A stretch of DNA of 64,000 bases from positions 7,458 to 71,457 of the IMG/VR virus record IMGVR_UViG_3300043411_001246. The stretch is one strand, 5' to 3'. The notes below the pieces were generated by a model. That model was not told the DNA's origin. It ran no database searches and worked only from the letters and a program-made list of their open reading frames with translations. Position numbers and translations under genes: made by a program. Each line of letters opens with the position of its first letter. Positions within the stretch are counted from its first letter, which is position 1. Positions 1-9,611 of the stretch are shown here, piece after piece. The stretch comes from a virus.

Positions 1-9
1 GGGAGGCGC

Positions 10-339
10 TCACGACGCCACCGCCATCTCAGCGGCCGACCCGAGGCCGAGGGCGGCGTCGCAGGCGCCGAGCACGTCGGCGGCGGCGCGGAGGTTGCGC
101 AGGGCCCCGGCGAGGGCGCGGTCATCGTCGGCGCCGTCGCAGTCGAGGACGTGGTGGGCATCGGCGATGGCGTCCACGGCGGCGGCGCGGATCTCGCGGG
201 CGGTGCGCAGGGCGCCGAGGTCACCGGGGTGAGCAAGAACGTCGTCGGCGGCGTGGCCGTAGTGGTTGGCGCGGTCGAGGGCGTCACGGGCGGCGGCGCG
301 GATCTCGCGGAGGGTCGGGCGGGTCGTCGGCGTCTTCAT
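10..339 (-). CDS. hypothetical protein (leftward early gene)
   Basis: ORF from ATG 339 (MKTPTTRP...), Ala-rich helical; TTGCGC-N17-TAGATG promoter-like sequence upstream. Confidence 0.6.
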   Translation of the reverse strand: MKTPTTRPTLREIRAAARDALDRANHYGHAADDVLAHPGDLGALRTAREIRAAAVDAIADAHHVLDCDGADDDRALAGALRNLRAAADVLGACDAALGLGSAAEMAVAS

Positions 340-349
340 GTCCAAACAT

Positions 350-397
350 CTAACCCGGGTTAGCGAGGCGCGCAAGAGACTTGCTAACTTTGCTTAG
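350..397. promoter_or_regulatory. two CTAA-N6-TTAG operators at a leftward promoter
   Basis: CTAACCCGGGTTAG 350-363 and CTAACTTTGCTTAG 384-397; same dyad at 1508-1521. Confidence 0.65.
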
Positions 398-583
398 AGA
401 TTGGTGGGATCATGTAGGACAAGCCAGGGCAACGCCTGGCCTAACCACGGCAGCAGATCACCCCTCGCCACTGTGAATCACCGGGCAATATGCCGCGTCC
501 TGGGCCCATGCGTGGCCCGCGGCAGATCACCCCCCCCCCGCAACCCGCCGCCACGGCCCCCACAAGCCTCGCCGGGCAGGCTT

Positions 584-619
584 CCCGACCCCTCACCCGG
601 CCGGTGCCTACCCCTGCCC
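584..619 (+). repeat. 36-bp direct repeat, left copy flanking the TA module
   Basis: CCCGACCCCTCACCCGGCCGGTGCCTACCCCTGCCC; 35/36 identical to 1446-1481. Confidence 0.95.
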
Positions 620-651
620 TCACCGGGCCCGGACTCGGCTAAGCTATCCCC

Positions 652-1035
652 ATGGCCCAGACCTCCCCCGTCCGCGCACTAGCCTTTGACCGCATGATGC
701 CAGAGCTTCAGGGCGCCGACATGTCACTCGCCGACCGACTGACCGCCTACCGGGACGCGGTGCTGTCCCTGGAACTGACCTGCGCGCACCCCAACAACCG
801 GGACGTAAACCCCGCCCTCTTCCGCGCCTACCTGGCCCACGCACGGGTCATCCTCGAGACGCTGCGCGGGCTGACATCCATGACGGACACGGGAGCCAGC
901 GAGGCCACGAACGAGCAGCGCGAGGAGATTGCCGACCTGTGCGACCGCGCGGGCGAGCTGGTGGACAGCTTCGCCATGGCCTCCAATGCCCACGTCCTGC
1001 TGCCAGCTTTCGAGGCTGAACTCCAGGGCGCCTTA
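652..1035 (+). CDS. putative antitoxin; end placed at TTA 1033-1035 (standard code: 1137)
   Basis: Acidic helical ORF directly upstream of the RelE-like gene; leaderless start TAAGCT-N6-ATG; TTA lies 2 nt before the toxin GTG. Confidence 0.55.
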
Positions 1036-1037
1036 CC

Positions 1038-1445
1038 GTGGCCAACATCACGATCACGCCACCACGGCAGGGTGGCACGTTCGAGCGGGATACGCGACGG
1101 CTGGCCAAGTCGTTCCCGTCCGTCGGCGACGATGTGACCGCAGCCTACCAGGCCCTCTCCACCGTGAGAGACCGCGGGCCGTACAACCCGCCACAGGTCT
1201 CGCTCGTGCCCGGGTTCGGTCGGGAGCTGCTCAAGGTGCGCGTCGCCTCTTCGGACCAGAAGAAAGGCAAGAGCGGCGGCTTTCGCATGGTGCTCTTGCG
1301 CGTCGGGGCAGGCTGGCGCCCGGTGGCCATCTTCGCCAAGGTGCAGGCCGAAGACTTCGCCCACCACGACCTGCTACGGCGCCTTGCCGAGGAAGATGCC
1401 AGCGATGGCGAGCCCTCGCCCTTGCCACCAGCCGCGACCGAGTAG
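1038..1445 (+). CDS. RelE/HigB-2-family toxin
   Basis: FERDTRRL...KVRVASSDQKKGKSGGFRMV...IFAK motif typical of RelE/HigB-2 ribonucleases. Confidence 0.8.
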   Translation: MANITITPPRQGGTFERDTRRLAKSFPSVGDDVTAAYQALSTVRDRGPYNPPQVSLVPGFGRELLKVRVASSDQKKGKSGGFRMVLLRVGAGWRPVAIFAKVQAEDFAHHDLLRRLAEEDASDGEPSPLPPAATE

Positions 1446-1481
1446 CCCGACCCCTCGCCCGGCCGGTGCCTACCCCTGCCC
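1446..1481 (+). repeat. 36-bp direct repeat, right copy flanking the TA module
   Basis: CCCGACCCCTCGCCCGGCCGGTGCCTACCCCTGCCC directly after the toxin TAG. Confidence 0.95.
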
Positions 1482-1496
1482 CAAGATAGAAAGTGG

Positions 1497-1524
1497 TTGA
1501 CCTGTACCTAAGTTGAGTTAGCTT
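1497..1524 (+). promoter_or_regulatory. rightward sigma70-type promoter with overlapping operator
   Basis: TTGACC 1497-1502, 16-nt spacer, TAGCTT 1519-1524; operator CTAAGTTGAGTTAG 1508-1521. Confidence 0.7.
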
Positions 1525-1535
1525 CTGTGGCTAGC

Positions 1536-1841
1536 ATGGCCACCAAGCGACGAACGAAACAAGCCAAGCCCGCGGCACGCCGGGCCACCCTGACCGAGGG
1601 ACAACGCCTGTTCGAGGCGTTCGTTGCCCGGTGCGGGCTCACGCAACTCGCCATCGCCGCCGCCCTCGGCGTCAGCGATGTCACCATTTGGTTCTGGCGT
1701 ACCGGGGAGAAGCGCCCGGTGGACCACCAGCGCGCCAAGATCGAGGCGTGGACCGGGGGCAACGTGCCCTCGACCGCGTGGCGCACGGAAGCCGAGCGGG
1801 CCGAGGTCGAGGCCATGGCGCCGCTGGCGATGGGGGCTTGA
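1536..1841 (+). CDS. Cro-like XRE HTH regulator
   Basis: LTQLAIAAALGVSDVTIWFWRTGEKRP HTH; first gene after the operator-bearing promoter. Confidence 0.8.
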   Translation: MATKRRTKQAKPAARRATLTEGQRLFEAFVARCGLTQLAIAAALGVSDVTIWFWRTGEKRPVDHQRAKIEAWTGGNVPSTAWRTEAERAEVEAMAPLAMGA

Positions 1842-1844
1842 CCC

Positions 1845-2105
1845 GTGGCCAGCCTGCATCACCTGACCCCGGAGGATGCCGCCGCACTGGACGCCGACGA
1901 GCGCGTCCTGCTGCTGGCCCTCGACCGGCGCAACCAGCGCGCCGCCCGGGTCCGAGGCCGCGGCGCCCCGGTCGCTCTCTTCTTTCCCCTCACGGGCGCC
2001 GCCGTGGAGATCGACCCCGCCAGCGGTCGCTTGTCCTCTGGTGGTCCGGTGGGGCCGAACCCCGCGGCGACCAGCCACGGCAGCGGCGACGGGGAGGCAG
2101 TGTGA
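1845..2105 (+). CDS. hypothetical protein
   Basis: ORF filling the gap between flanking genes, TGATG coupling. Confidence 0.55.
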   Translation: MASLHHLTPEDAAALDADERVLLLALDRRNQRAARVRGRGAPVALFFPLTGAAVEIDPASGRLSSGGPVGPNPAATSHGSGDGEAV

Positions 2106-2626
2106 TGGGCGCGGCGTTGCGGGTTGCTCATGTGCCCCAGTCTGCCGACTCGGGGCCGGTGTCGTCAGGTGTGACCGACGAAAGTTTCACACCCCCGACC
2201 TCTCGGCTGCGGTCCAAGCGGCTCGTGGACGTGTCCCTCGCGGGCCGGTCACAGACCGAGGTGGGCGAGGCCGCCGGGGTGTCGCAACAGGTCGTGGCGC
2301 GGTGGCGTAGCCCGCAGAGCGATGCCCTGCCGAACGTCGGCCACCTCCTGACCGAGGGCGGGACGTGGGCGGTGACCTTCTCCCGGTTGCTGTTGGCCGA
2401 GGTCGAGGGCCGCCGGCCGGTGGCGCTGTCCGCGGTGCAGGCGGCCGAGCTGGCCTTGCAGGTGCTGGAGGCGTCGAACGCGCTGTTGCGTTTCGTCGCG
2501 GCCTCGACCCACGGGCGCCTGACCCCGGAACTGGCCCTCGACGCGGCCAAGGCGTCGCTCCAGATCCACCGCCTCACGGGCGACCTGCACCCCGGTCTCC
2601 TGACCCTCGCGCGGGAGGGCCGGTGA
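2105..2626 (+). CDS. HTH protein, CII-like position
   Basis: SQTEVGEAAGVSQQVVARWRSP HTH-like motif; TGATG overlaps at both ends. Confidence 0.6.
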   Translation: MGAALRVAHVPQSADSGPVSSGVTDESFTPPTSRLRSKRLVDVSLAGRSQTEVGEAAGVSQQVVARWRSPQSDALPNVGHLLTEGGTWAVTFSRLLLAEVEGRRPVALSAVQAAELALQVLEASNALLRFVAASTHGRLTPELALDAAKASLQIHRLTGDLHPGLLTLAREGR

Positions 2627-3006
2627 TGGCCAAGAACGGGAAGACCTACCGCGTCGGGCAACACCTGGCGGCCGTCCTGGAAATCTACCTGATCGACGGG
2701 CTGCGCGCCGACCTGGACGCATTCGAGGAAGACGCCCCCGCGTTCCAGCGCGCCCACGAGGTCGCCCTGACCTGGACCGGCGGCAAGAGCCTGTTCGTGC
2801 CGGACGCCGTGGCCGCCGACCTGTGCGACGCGGCGACGTGGGCGAGCAACAGCGCGGACGACGATGCGCGCGCCGAAGAGGTCGAGGTTCGGCATCGGCG
2901 TGGAGACGCGGCCCTGCTGAGCGCCACCCGGGCCCAGCGCGACGCGGCCGGGGATTTCGCCCTGCGTCTGTCGAGGCAGCACCACGCGAGCAAGGCGGTG
3001 GCGTGA
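2626..3006 (+). CDS. hypothetical protein
   Basis: MAKNGKTYRV..., translationally coupled. Confidence 0.6.
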   Translation: MAKNGKTYRVGQHLAAVLEIYLIDGLRADLDAFEEDAPAFQRAHEVALTWTGGKSLFVPDAVAADLCDAATWASNSADDDARAEEVEVRHRRGDAALLSATRAQRDAAGDFALRLSRQHHASKAVA

Positions 3007-3398
3007 TGGCGCGCGGGTCTGACAAGGTGCTGCCCGCCGAGACCGGCAAGGCCCTGCTGCGGGACGAACGCGCACGCCGGATCGACGGGCTGCGGCAGGC
3101 GATCCGCACCCACCGCGACGGCTTGCTGTCGGTGGCGTCGTGCTGCTGGGCCGACGACGACGATGCGCTGACCGATGCGGTCAAGCGGCTGTCCGATGCG
3201 TGCGAAAGCGAGCCCCGCGTCGTCCACGGCGACACGCCGGAGGTGACCCGGACGGCCCTGCACCTTGACGCCCTGGCGCGGGAGTACGGCTACGCGAGGC
3301 CGCGGCTGGTGGCCATCGCCGGACGCGAGGGCCAGCGCGACGAGGTGGCGTCGGCGCTGCTGCGCTTCGTCGCGGCGGCCGACCGGGAGGCGCCATGA
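3006..3398 (+). CDS. hypothetical protein
   Basis: MARGSDKV..., translationally coupled. Confidence 0.6.
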   Translation: MARGSDKVLPAETGKALLRDERARRIDGLRQAIRTHRDGLLSVASCCWADDDDALTDAVKRLSDACESEPRVVHGDTPEVTRTALHLDALAREYGYARPRLVAIAGREGQRDEVASALLRFVAAADREAP

Positions 3399-3850
3399 CC
3401 CCGCGCCCGCTACTGCTCGCCCACCTGGCCCACGCCCGCGCCGCCATCGCGGACGGCGCCAACGTCGGCGACGCCCTCGGCCGCGCCTGCGCCGGCCACC
3501 TGGACGCCGGCACCGCGTCCAGGGAGGCCCTGGCGCTGCTGCGGCGCGAGGCCAAGGAGCGCGGGCTGCGTGACCCGGTGGCGACCATCGACGCCATCTT
3601 GACCGAGGCGCTGGCCGACCCGGACGCGCAGACCGCGGCGCGGGTGCGGGCGGGGCTTCCAATGGCCTGCGGCGCCTGTGGAAAGAAGGTCGGCGACGCC
3701 TGCTCGGTCTGTCCGGGTGGGCGCTGCTGGTGGCCACAAAAGACTCAACCCGCCGAGGGTAACCGGCGGGTCGAGGACCGAGAACAGCCGGTTCTCAGTC
3801 TGCACGACAACGACGCGCCGGGCAAGTCCGCCCCGTCGCGCCTGACCTGA
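3395..3850 (+). CDS. hypothetical protein with CxxC..CxxC
   Basis: ATGA overlap; CGAC and CSVC motifs. Confidence 0.5.
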   Translation: MTPRPLLLAHLAHARAAIADGANVGDALGRACAGHLDAGTASREALALLRREAKERGLRDPVATIDAILTEALADPDAQTAARVRAGLPMACGACGKKVGDACSVCPGGRCWWPQKTQPAEGNRRVEDREQPVLSLHDNDAPGKSAPSRLT

Positions 3851-3871
3851 CTGCCGGACACGAGAAAAGCC

Positions 3872-6079
3872 ATGGATAACCAGAACAACAACGCCACCGT
3901 CTCCAAGTCGCTTCAGCCCCCCGCCGTCATCCCCGGCGCCGTCTATGTCGGACGCACGCAGAGCAAGGAGGGGCGCGTGGCCCGCGTCGAGTTCGTCAAC
4001 GACGACGGCACCATCATCCTCTCGCACTACGGGCACCGGAACAAATCGAAGACCACCTACCCGTCGCTGCACTCGTCTTACCGCCTGTTCGACCCCGCCA
4101 AGGACGCCCCGGTGGACTGGTCCAGCCCGGCGGCCCGGCCGTCCGGCGAGAAGACCGACGGCGCCGAGAGCCTGAACTCCGAGAGCACCGCCGGCCACCG
4201 CAGCAGCGTCCGCACCATGCGACAGCGCGCCAGCACGCCAGTCGATGCGCCGACCGTCGTGGAGATGCCAGCGACCGAAAACAAGCCGGATGCGCAGGCC
4301 GACCAAGACGCGCCAGGCGAGTCCTTGACGGAAGACCCGGCGCTGCCCGAAGGTCATCGCGAGTTCCGTTACGCCGGCATCTTGATGGCTCTGCCCGTTG
4401 CCGCTGGTGAGCCGCTGGTGTGGGGCGTGTCCATCGCCAACGGCGTCGGCTACACGAGGCCGCGGCAGATTCGCCGCACTGTCGCCCGCGCCGAGAGCAG
4501 CGGTCTATTCGGCAATGTCCTGTGGAACAAGACGATCTTCAAGTCCGTCATGCACAACGGCGGCGAGCGCACGGCCGTCGCCAATGACCCGTGGCTCACG
4601 GAGTTGCAGTCGGTGGCCCTCGTGGGCGGCCGCCAGACGGAGCTGGCCGAGGTCGGCGCCTTCCTGAACAAGCTCGCCGACGCCTTCAAGGCGGCTCGCG
4701 CGGCGATGGGAAATGCAAACGGCAACATGAGCCACTTCGGCCCCGACATGCTGCCGAAGCCCACGGAGACCGCCACTGTCTTCGGTCGTGAGGTTCCCTG
4801 CTACCGGAGCCGCAAGGACTTCTCGGTGTGGGTCGTGGGCAATGACACGGCCAAGGCGTTCGGCATCTCCCTCGGGTCGCTCTACAAGAAGTTTGCCAGC
4901 GACGGCCCGACTCGTTCCGGCAAGTTTCTCTGCGAGGGCAGCAGAGCGGGCGGTGAGCACAAGTGGCTTGCTCGCCTCGACCTCGTGGAAGAACTCATGG
5001 CGCCGCTGGTCGCCGCCACGGCAGCGCCCCCGCCGGCCGAGGTCGCGACGCCGCCTGCGCCCGCGCCGGCCCCGCCCGCCGATGACTCGACCATTGAGGA
5101 GGAACTGGGCGTTTCGATCCCGGACGGGATGATGCTGGCCAACATCAAGGGCGTCGCCCTGGCTGTGCCCGGCAAGGATGACGGCGAGGCGCTGCTCCGT
5201 GACGTGACCTTGGGCGAGCGGTTGGAACTGTCTCAGCCCCGCGACATCCGGAAGACCATCAAGGACATGGCTGCGGACGGGGTTTTGGGGGTGGTCGCGA
5301 TGCGCGTGCGGCAGGCGCGCATCGCGAAAACCGGCGCAGTTTCGGGTTTCGAGGAGCGCGAGGTCACCGAGTACTGGCTGACCGAGAAACAGGCGCTCAA
5401 GGTCATCATGCGCAGCAAGTCCTCGGTGGCTTACCGCATCGTGGACGAGGTGACCGACGTGTTCCTGGCCTGGCGCCACGGCCGTCTGCCGCCCGCCGCC
5501 CCGCCGACCGACCTGGCAGCCGTCATGCAGATGGTCCCGGTCATCATCGAAGCGGTGCTGGCGCGGCTCCCGTCGCAGCCGGCGAGCACCAGCCCGGACA
5601 GCGACAGGGTGCGCCAGGACGCCGAGACCCTGCGCCGGCAGCGCGCCAACGCGGCCAAGAAGGCCACGGCGACCAAGGATGTCAACGCCATGCTCGACGC
5701 GGTCACCGACGATCTGGCGCCGCTGGTCCACCGCTTCACCAGCGAGCGCATGACCCGCGCCGACCTGCGCGACGCCAGCGCCGTCAACCGCTGCCTGCGC
5801 CCGAGCGAGATGCTTCAGCAGTTCAACGCCTACCTGCGGGCCGCGTCGTCCAAGCTCTCGGCGGAAGAGCAAGAGGCGCTGACCGGGCTCGGGCCCGAGG
5901 GCGAGATGCGCAACCGCGTCCTCTACACGCTGTTCAACCGCATCTCGAACAACGTCAAAGCCGAGAAGGAAATCGAGGAGGACGGCGAGCCGCGCATGGT
6001 CCCGGTCCTTCCCTGGATTCCCAAGGTCGGCGCTGTGCCCAACCCGCGCCAGACCGCCATCCCCGGCACCGGCCGCTTA
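3872..6079 (+). CDS. multidomain antirepressor-like DNA-binding protein; end placed at TTA 6077-6079 (standard code: 6289)
   Basis: Two related domains (RPRQIRRTV..PWLTELQ and QPRDIRKTI..EYWLTEKQALKVIMRS) resembling phage antirepressor N-terminal domains. Confidence 0.6.
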
Positions 6080-6285
6080 CCGATTCCCCGCACCCCACTG
6101 CCGCCGGTCTTGCGATGGGCACCCGGCGGCAGTGGGGCCGCGCCTGCTGTCACAGGTGCGGTTGTCCCGGTGCCCATCGCCGAAGGACCGCAGATGCAAA
6201 GCCGCAGTGATTCAACGACGACGAACAAGGCCACCGTACCGCACCGCGGACGGGGGTTCAACCGCAGCAACCCGGATGTGAGCCA

Positions 6286-7629
6286 GTGAGCCGCCGCATC
6301 CGAAGCATCAAGCCCGAGATCCTGGACGACGAGCGCACCGCCGGCCTCTCTCATGTGGCGTGGCGCCTCTTCGTGTCCGCGCTGGTGTTGGCCGACGACC
6401 AGGGCAACCTGCGCGCGGGCGCCACCTACCTCGCCGGCCAGGTCTTCCACACCGTCGAGGCCACCCGCGCCGAGGTCCGCGCTGCCGTGGTCGAGCTGGT
6501 CTCGGCGGACCTCTGGCGGGTCTACGTGGTCCGGGGTCAGGAGTACGCCCACATCCGGGGGTGGACCAAGCACCAGCGGATCGACAACGCCGGCAAGCCG
6601 AAGGTGCCCGGCCCGTCCGAGGCGGACGGCTCCACGGCCCCCACATCGGCGCCGACATCCGACACCGCCAAGCCGTCTCGTAATGAGACCACAGCCGTTT
6701 CGCCCATTCGCCGCGAGTCGCCGCGAGTCGCCGCGAGTCGCCGCGGTTCGCCGCTGGAGGTGGAAGGGGAAGCGGAGGTGGAGAGGGAGTGGGAAAATAC
6801 AGCGGGCCCGCCCGCTGGTGCGTGTGTGCATGCGTACACGCACGAGAGCCCCGACGACACCCAGCCCCCCGAGACCTCCCGGTCGGGAGCGGTGGCGTCG
6901 GTCATGGTCCAGACCGCCCTGGCTGCCCCTGTGGCGCCGTTCGCCACCCCGGACGCCCCGGAGGTACCCCCAGCCCCCGCGGCGCCGCGTACGGCCCAAC
7001 CGGAGGCCGGCGCGGTGGGCCCTGCGCCCGGCGACCTGACCCTGACCCCGACCGGCACCCCGACGCCACCACCACCCCGGCGGCCGTCGAACCTCGCCCA
7101 CGTCCGGCCCGACGCCCCCGAGGCGGTGGTGTTTGCCCACTGGGCCCGGGTGCTCTGCCCGAAGGCCATCTTCACCAAGGACCGCGCCCGGCGCATCGCC
7201 GCCCGGCTGGCCGAGGGCTTCACCGCCGAGACCCTGTGCAAGGCCGTGGACGGGGTTGTCCACAGCGACTGGCACATGGGCCGCGACCCGGGCAGCCACG
7301 GCCGGGACTACCGCGGGCTGGAGACCATCTTCCGCGACGCCGGCCAGGTCGAGAAGTTCGTGGCGTTGGCCGAGCGCCACGACCCGCGCCACCGGCCCCA
7401 GGTGACCCGGCGCGTGGACGCTCGCCGCGCCCAGCTCGACGCCGAGGTGGCGGCCCTCATGGCCACCCCGATGGGCGACGCCGAGGCGCTGGCCCAGATC
7501 GCTTACTTCAACGAGACCGGCAAGATCCCGAACGCCGCCCAGATGGCCGCGCTGCTCGCCGGCCGCAGCGTGCGCGACGCCATCGCGATGCTCACGACCA
7601 CGACCGCCGCCGAGGAGGTGACCGCATGA
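6286..7629 (+). CDS. phage replication initiator / replisome organizer
   Basis: N-terminal RIRSIKPEI..RLF..L..ADDQG motif, internal iterons, directly upstream of DnaB. Confidence 0.8.
   Translation: MSRRIRSIKPEILDDERTAGLSHVAWRLFVSALVLADDQGNLRAGATYLAGQVFHTVEATRAEVRAAVVELVSADLWRVYVVRGQEYAHIRGWTKHQRIDNAGKPKVPGPSEADGSTAPTSAPTSDTAKPSRNETTAVSPIRRESPRVAASRRGSPLEVEGEAEVEREWENTAGPPAGACVHAYTHESPDDTQPPETSRSGAVASVMVQTALAAPVAPFATPDAPEVPPAPAAPRTAQPEAGAVGPAPGDLTLTPTGTPTPPPPRRPSNLAHVRPDAPEAVVFAHWARVLCPKAIFTKDRARRIAARLAEGFTAETLCKAVDGVVHSDWHMGRDPGSHGRDYRGLETIFRDAGQVEKFVALAERHDPRHRPQVTRRVDARRAQLDAEVAALMATPMGDAEALAQIAYFNETGKIPNAAQMAALLAGRSVRDAIAMLTTTTAAEEVTA
6708..6757 (+). repeat. 10-bp tandem repeats, probable origin iterons
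   Basis: TCGCCGCGAG x3 plus TCGCCGCGGT and TCGCCGCTGG inside the initiator gene, followed by a purine tract. Confidence 0.65.
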
Positions 7630-9002
7630 ACGCCCACGCCTACGCCCCGTTGCACAGCATCCCCGGAGGTCGCGCCACTGTGGACGCCACGCCCGCTCAG
7701 ACCCGGCCCGCGCTGCCACCACCCGCCCACGACCTGCGCGCCGAGGAGACCCTGCTCTGCGCCTTGCTCGACGGTACCTGCGTGGTGGACGACGTGATCG
7801 GCTACCTCAAGCCAGAACACTTCTACGCGCCTGCCAACCGCTACCTGTTCGAGGCCATCCTGGCCGCTGCCGCCGACGGCATGGTGGTGGACGAAACCAC
7901 CGTGTTCGCCAAGCTCCGCGCGTCGGGCCGCGTCGTGGACGTGGGCGGCGTCGCCGGCATCGCCCGGGTCATCGACAACAACCCGTCCGATGGTGCGGCG
8001 CTGAGCTACGTGCGGATCATCCTCGACTGCTGGGCGCTGCGCGAGGTCGGGAAGATTTGCCGCGACGTGCAGATCCAATCCCGGCAGCCGGTGGCCAGCG
8101 TCGAGGCGCTGCTGACCGACCTGCGGCGCCAGGTCGAGGCGCTGTCGGATACCTGCAAGGTCAACGCCGCCGCCACCGACCTGTGCGCGGGTCTGGTCGC
8201 CGATGCCCGCGAGGACGAGGCGCGGGCGGCGCGGGGCCCGGTGCTGTTCTGCCCGACCGGCTACCCGAGCCTGGACAACGCCCTCGGCGGCGGCTGGCCG
8301 CGCGAGTGGCTGGCGGTGGTCGGGGCGCAGTCCGAGACCGGCAAGACGGCCTTCGCCATCGAGGCGTGTGTGGCCTGCGCCAGCCACGCCGCGGGCGGTG
8401 GCGGTGGGGCGGCGCTCTACCTGTCGGCCGAGTTGACGCAGCGCCAGGCCCGGCAGCGGTTCACCTCGAACGTGTCCGGGCTGAGCAAGACCGAGGTGGA
8501 CAAGATGGCCCACCCGGGGCGGCTGGCGCAGGCACAGACCTACCTGGCCACCCTGCCGATCTACACCGAAGAGATCCGGAAGTTCAGCGAGGTGCGGCGA
8601 GAGGTACGCAAACACCACCGCCTCGCCGAGGCCGCCGGGCGGCCGCTCAAGCTCGTGGTGATCGACTTCCTGCAATACCTCGAACCGGACGCACCGGACC
8701 CGAAGGGCAATCGCGAGACCGAGCTGGCCGGGATGATGCAGGCCATGAAGAACCTGCGATCGGACTACCCGGAGACGGCGTTCGTGGTCCTGTCGCAGAT
8801 CAACGCGGCGGGGCAGATGCGCGGGTCCGGGGCCATCGCCCACCCGGCCGACCAGACGATCTACCTCAAGCGCCCGGACCCGAAGGACAAGAGCGTGGTC
8901 CACCTCGAACTGGACAAGGGCCGCGGCGTCTCGCCCATTGGCGGGCCCGTCGAGTTGTCCATGGACCCCGTCTCGGGTCGTCTGACCGAGGGGCAGCCAT
9001 GA
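7626..9002 (+). CDS. dnaB: DnaB-like replicative helicase
   Basis: N-terminal PPAHDLRAEETLL..LKPEHFY; PTGYPSLD; Walker A GAQSETGKT; VVIDFLQ; VLSQIN. Confidence 0.9.
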   Translation: MNAHAYAPLHSIPGGRATVDATPAQTRPALPPPAHDLRAEETLLCALLDGTCVVDDVIGYLKPEHFYAPANRYLFEAILAAAADGMVVDETTVFAKLRASGRVVDVGGVAGIARVIDNNPSDGAALSYVRIILDCWALREVGKICRDVQIQSRQPVASVEALLTDLRRQVEALSDTCKVNAAATDLCAGLVADAREDEARAARGPVLFCPTGYPSLDNALGGGWPREWLAVVGAQSETGKTAFAIEACVACASHAAGGGGGAALYLSAELTQRQARQRFTSNVSGLSKTEVDKMAHPGRLAQAQTYLATLPIYTEEIRKFSEVRREVRKHHRLAEAAGRPLKLVVIDFLQYLEPDAPDPKGNRETELAGMMQAMKNLRSDYPETAFVVLSQINAAGQMRGSGAIAHPADQTIYLKRPDPKDKSVVHLELDKGRGVSPIGGPVELSMDPVSGRLTEGQP

Positions 9003-9568
9003 GCGCCGCCCGTCACCTCGCCGCCGGCCACGCCGTGACCCTCGCCCCGACCCCGGGGCTGCCCGGCGGGACGCAACTCGGCCTCTTTCTCGACGTGGCC
9101 CCCGCGCCACCACCAGCCCGGCCGGGGCACTACATCCCCCGCGCCAAGGTGCCGCGTGGCCAGGCCCAGCGGGTGCTGCACCTCACGGTCCTGCCGGACG
9201 AGATTGCCGACGACCCGACCGACCCGGATGACCCGCGCCTCGACAAGGACGGCACCTTCGACGGCGACGCCATGACGCACGGCGCCTGCGTGCGCGACCA
9301 GCAAGCCGACTGCCCGGCGACCGGGTGCCGGCACCGGCTGGCCGGCGGGACCAAGGTGTTCAGGACGCGCCGCATCGGGTGCGCCCTGGCCGCCGTGCGG
9401 ATCTTCGGCGCCCTGCCCCCGCAGGATGTGGCCTACCTCGACAGCCTCACCGACAGCGAGGCGCAGCGGGTCGAGCACGAGGCCCGCGGGCGCATCCGAC
9501 TGGAGTGCGGGGACGACGAGGATCTGATCGAGGCGCTGGTGGACGCCGGTATCCTGCCTGACGACTGA
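8999..9568 (+). CDS. Cys-rich protein with C-terminal sigma-70 region-4-like HTH
   Basis: CPATGCRH, GCAL, then QDVAYLDSLTDSEAQRVEHEARGRIR. Confidence 0.5.
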   Translation: MSAARHLAAGHAVTLAPTPGLPGGTQLGLFLDVAPAPPPARPGHYIPRAKVPRGQAQRVLHLTVLPDEIADDPTDPDDPRLDKDGTFDGDAMTHGACVRDQQADCPATGCRHRLAGGTKVFRTRRIGCALAAVRIFGALPPQDVAYLDSLTDSEAQRVEHEARGRIRLECGDDEDLIEALVDAGILPDD

Positions 9569-9574
9569 CCCGCG

Positions 9575-9611
9575 CAGACCCCTCTCCGGGGTGTGAGATG
9601 GTCTCGGCATG
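9575..9611 (+). promoter_or_regulatory. GACCCCTC leaderless promoter element
   Basis: CAGACC-16-GATGGT-6-ATG(9609). Confidence 0.7.

Noticed and set aside
2480-3375. Shared ALLRFVAA peptide in two neighbouring early genes
   Set aside because: Only about 23 nt of similarity in GC-rich DNA; cannot be distinguished from chance or a minor local duplication.
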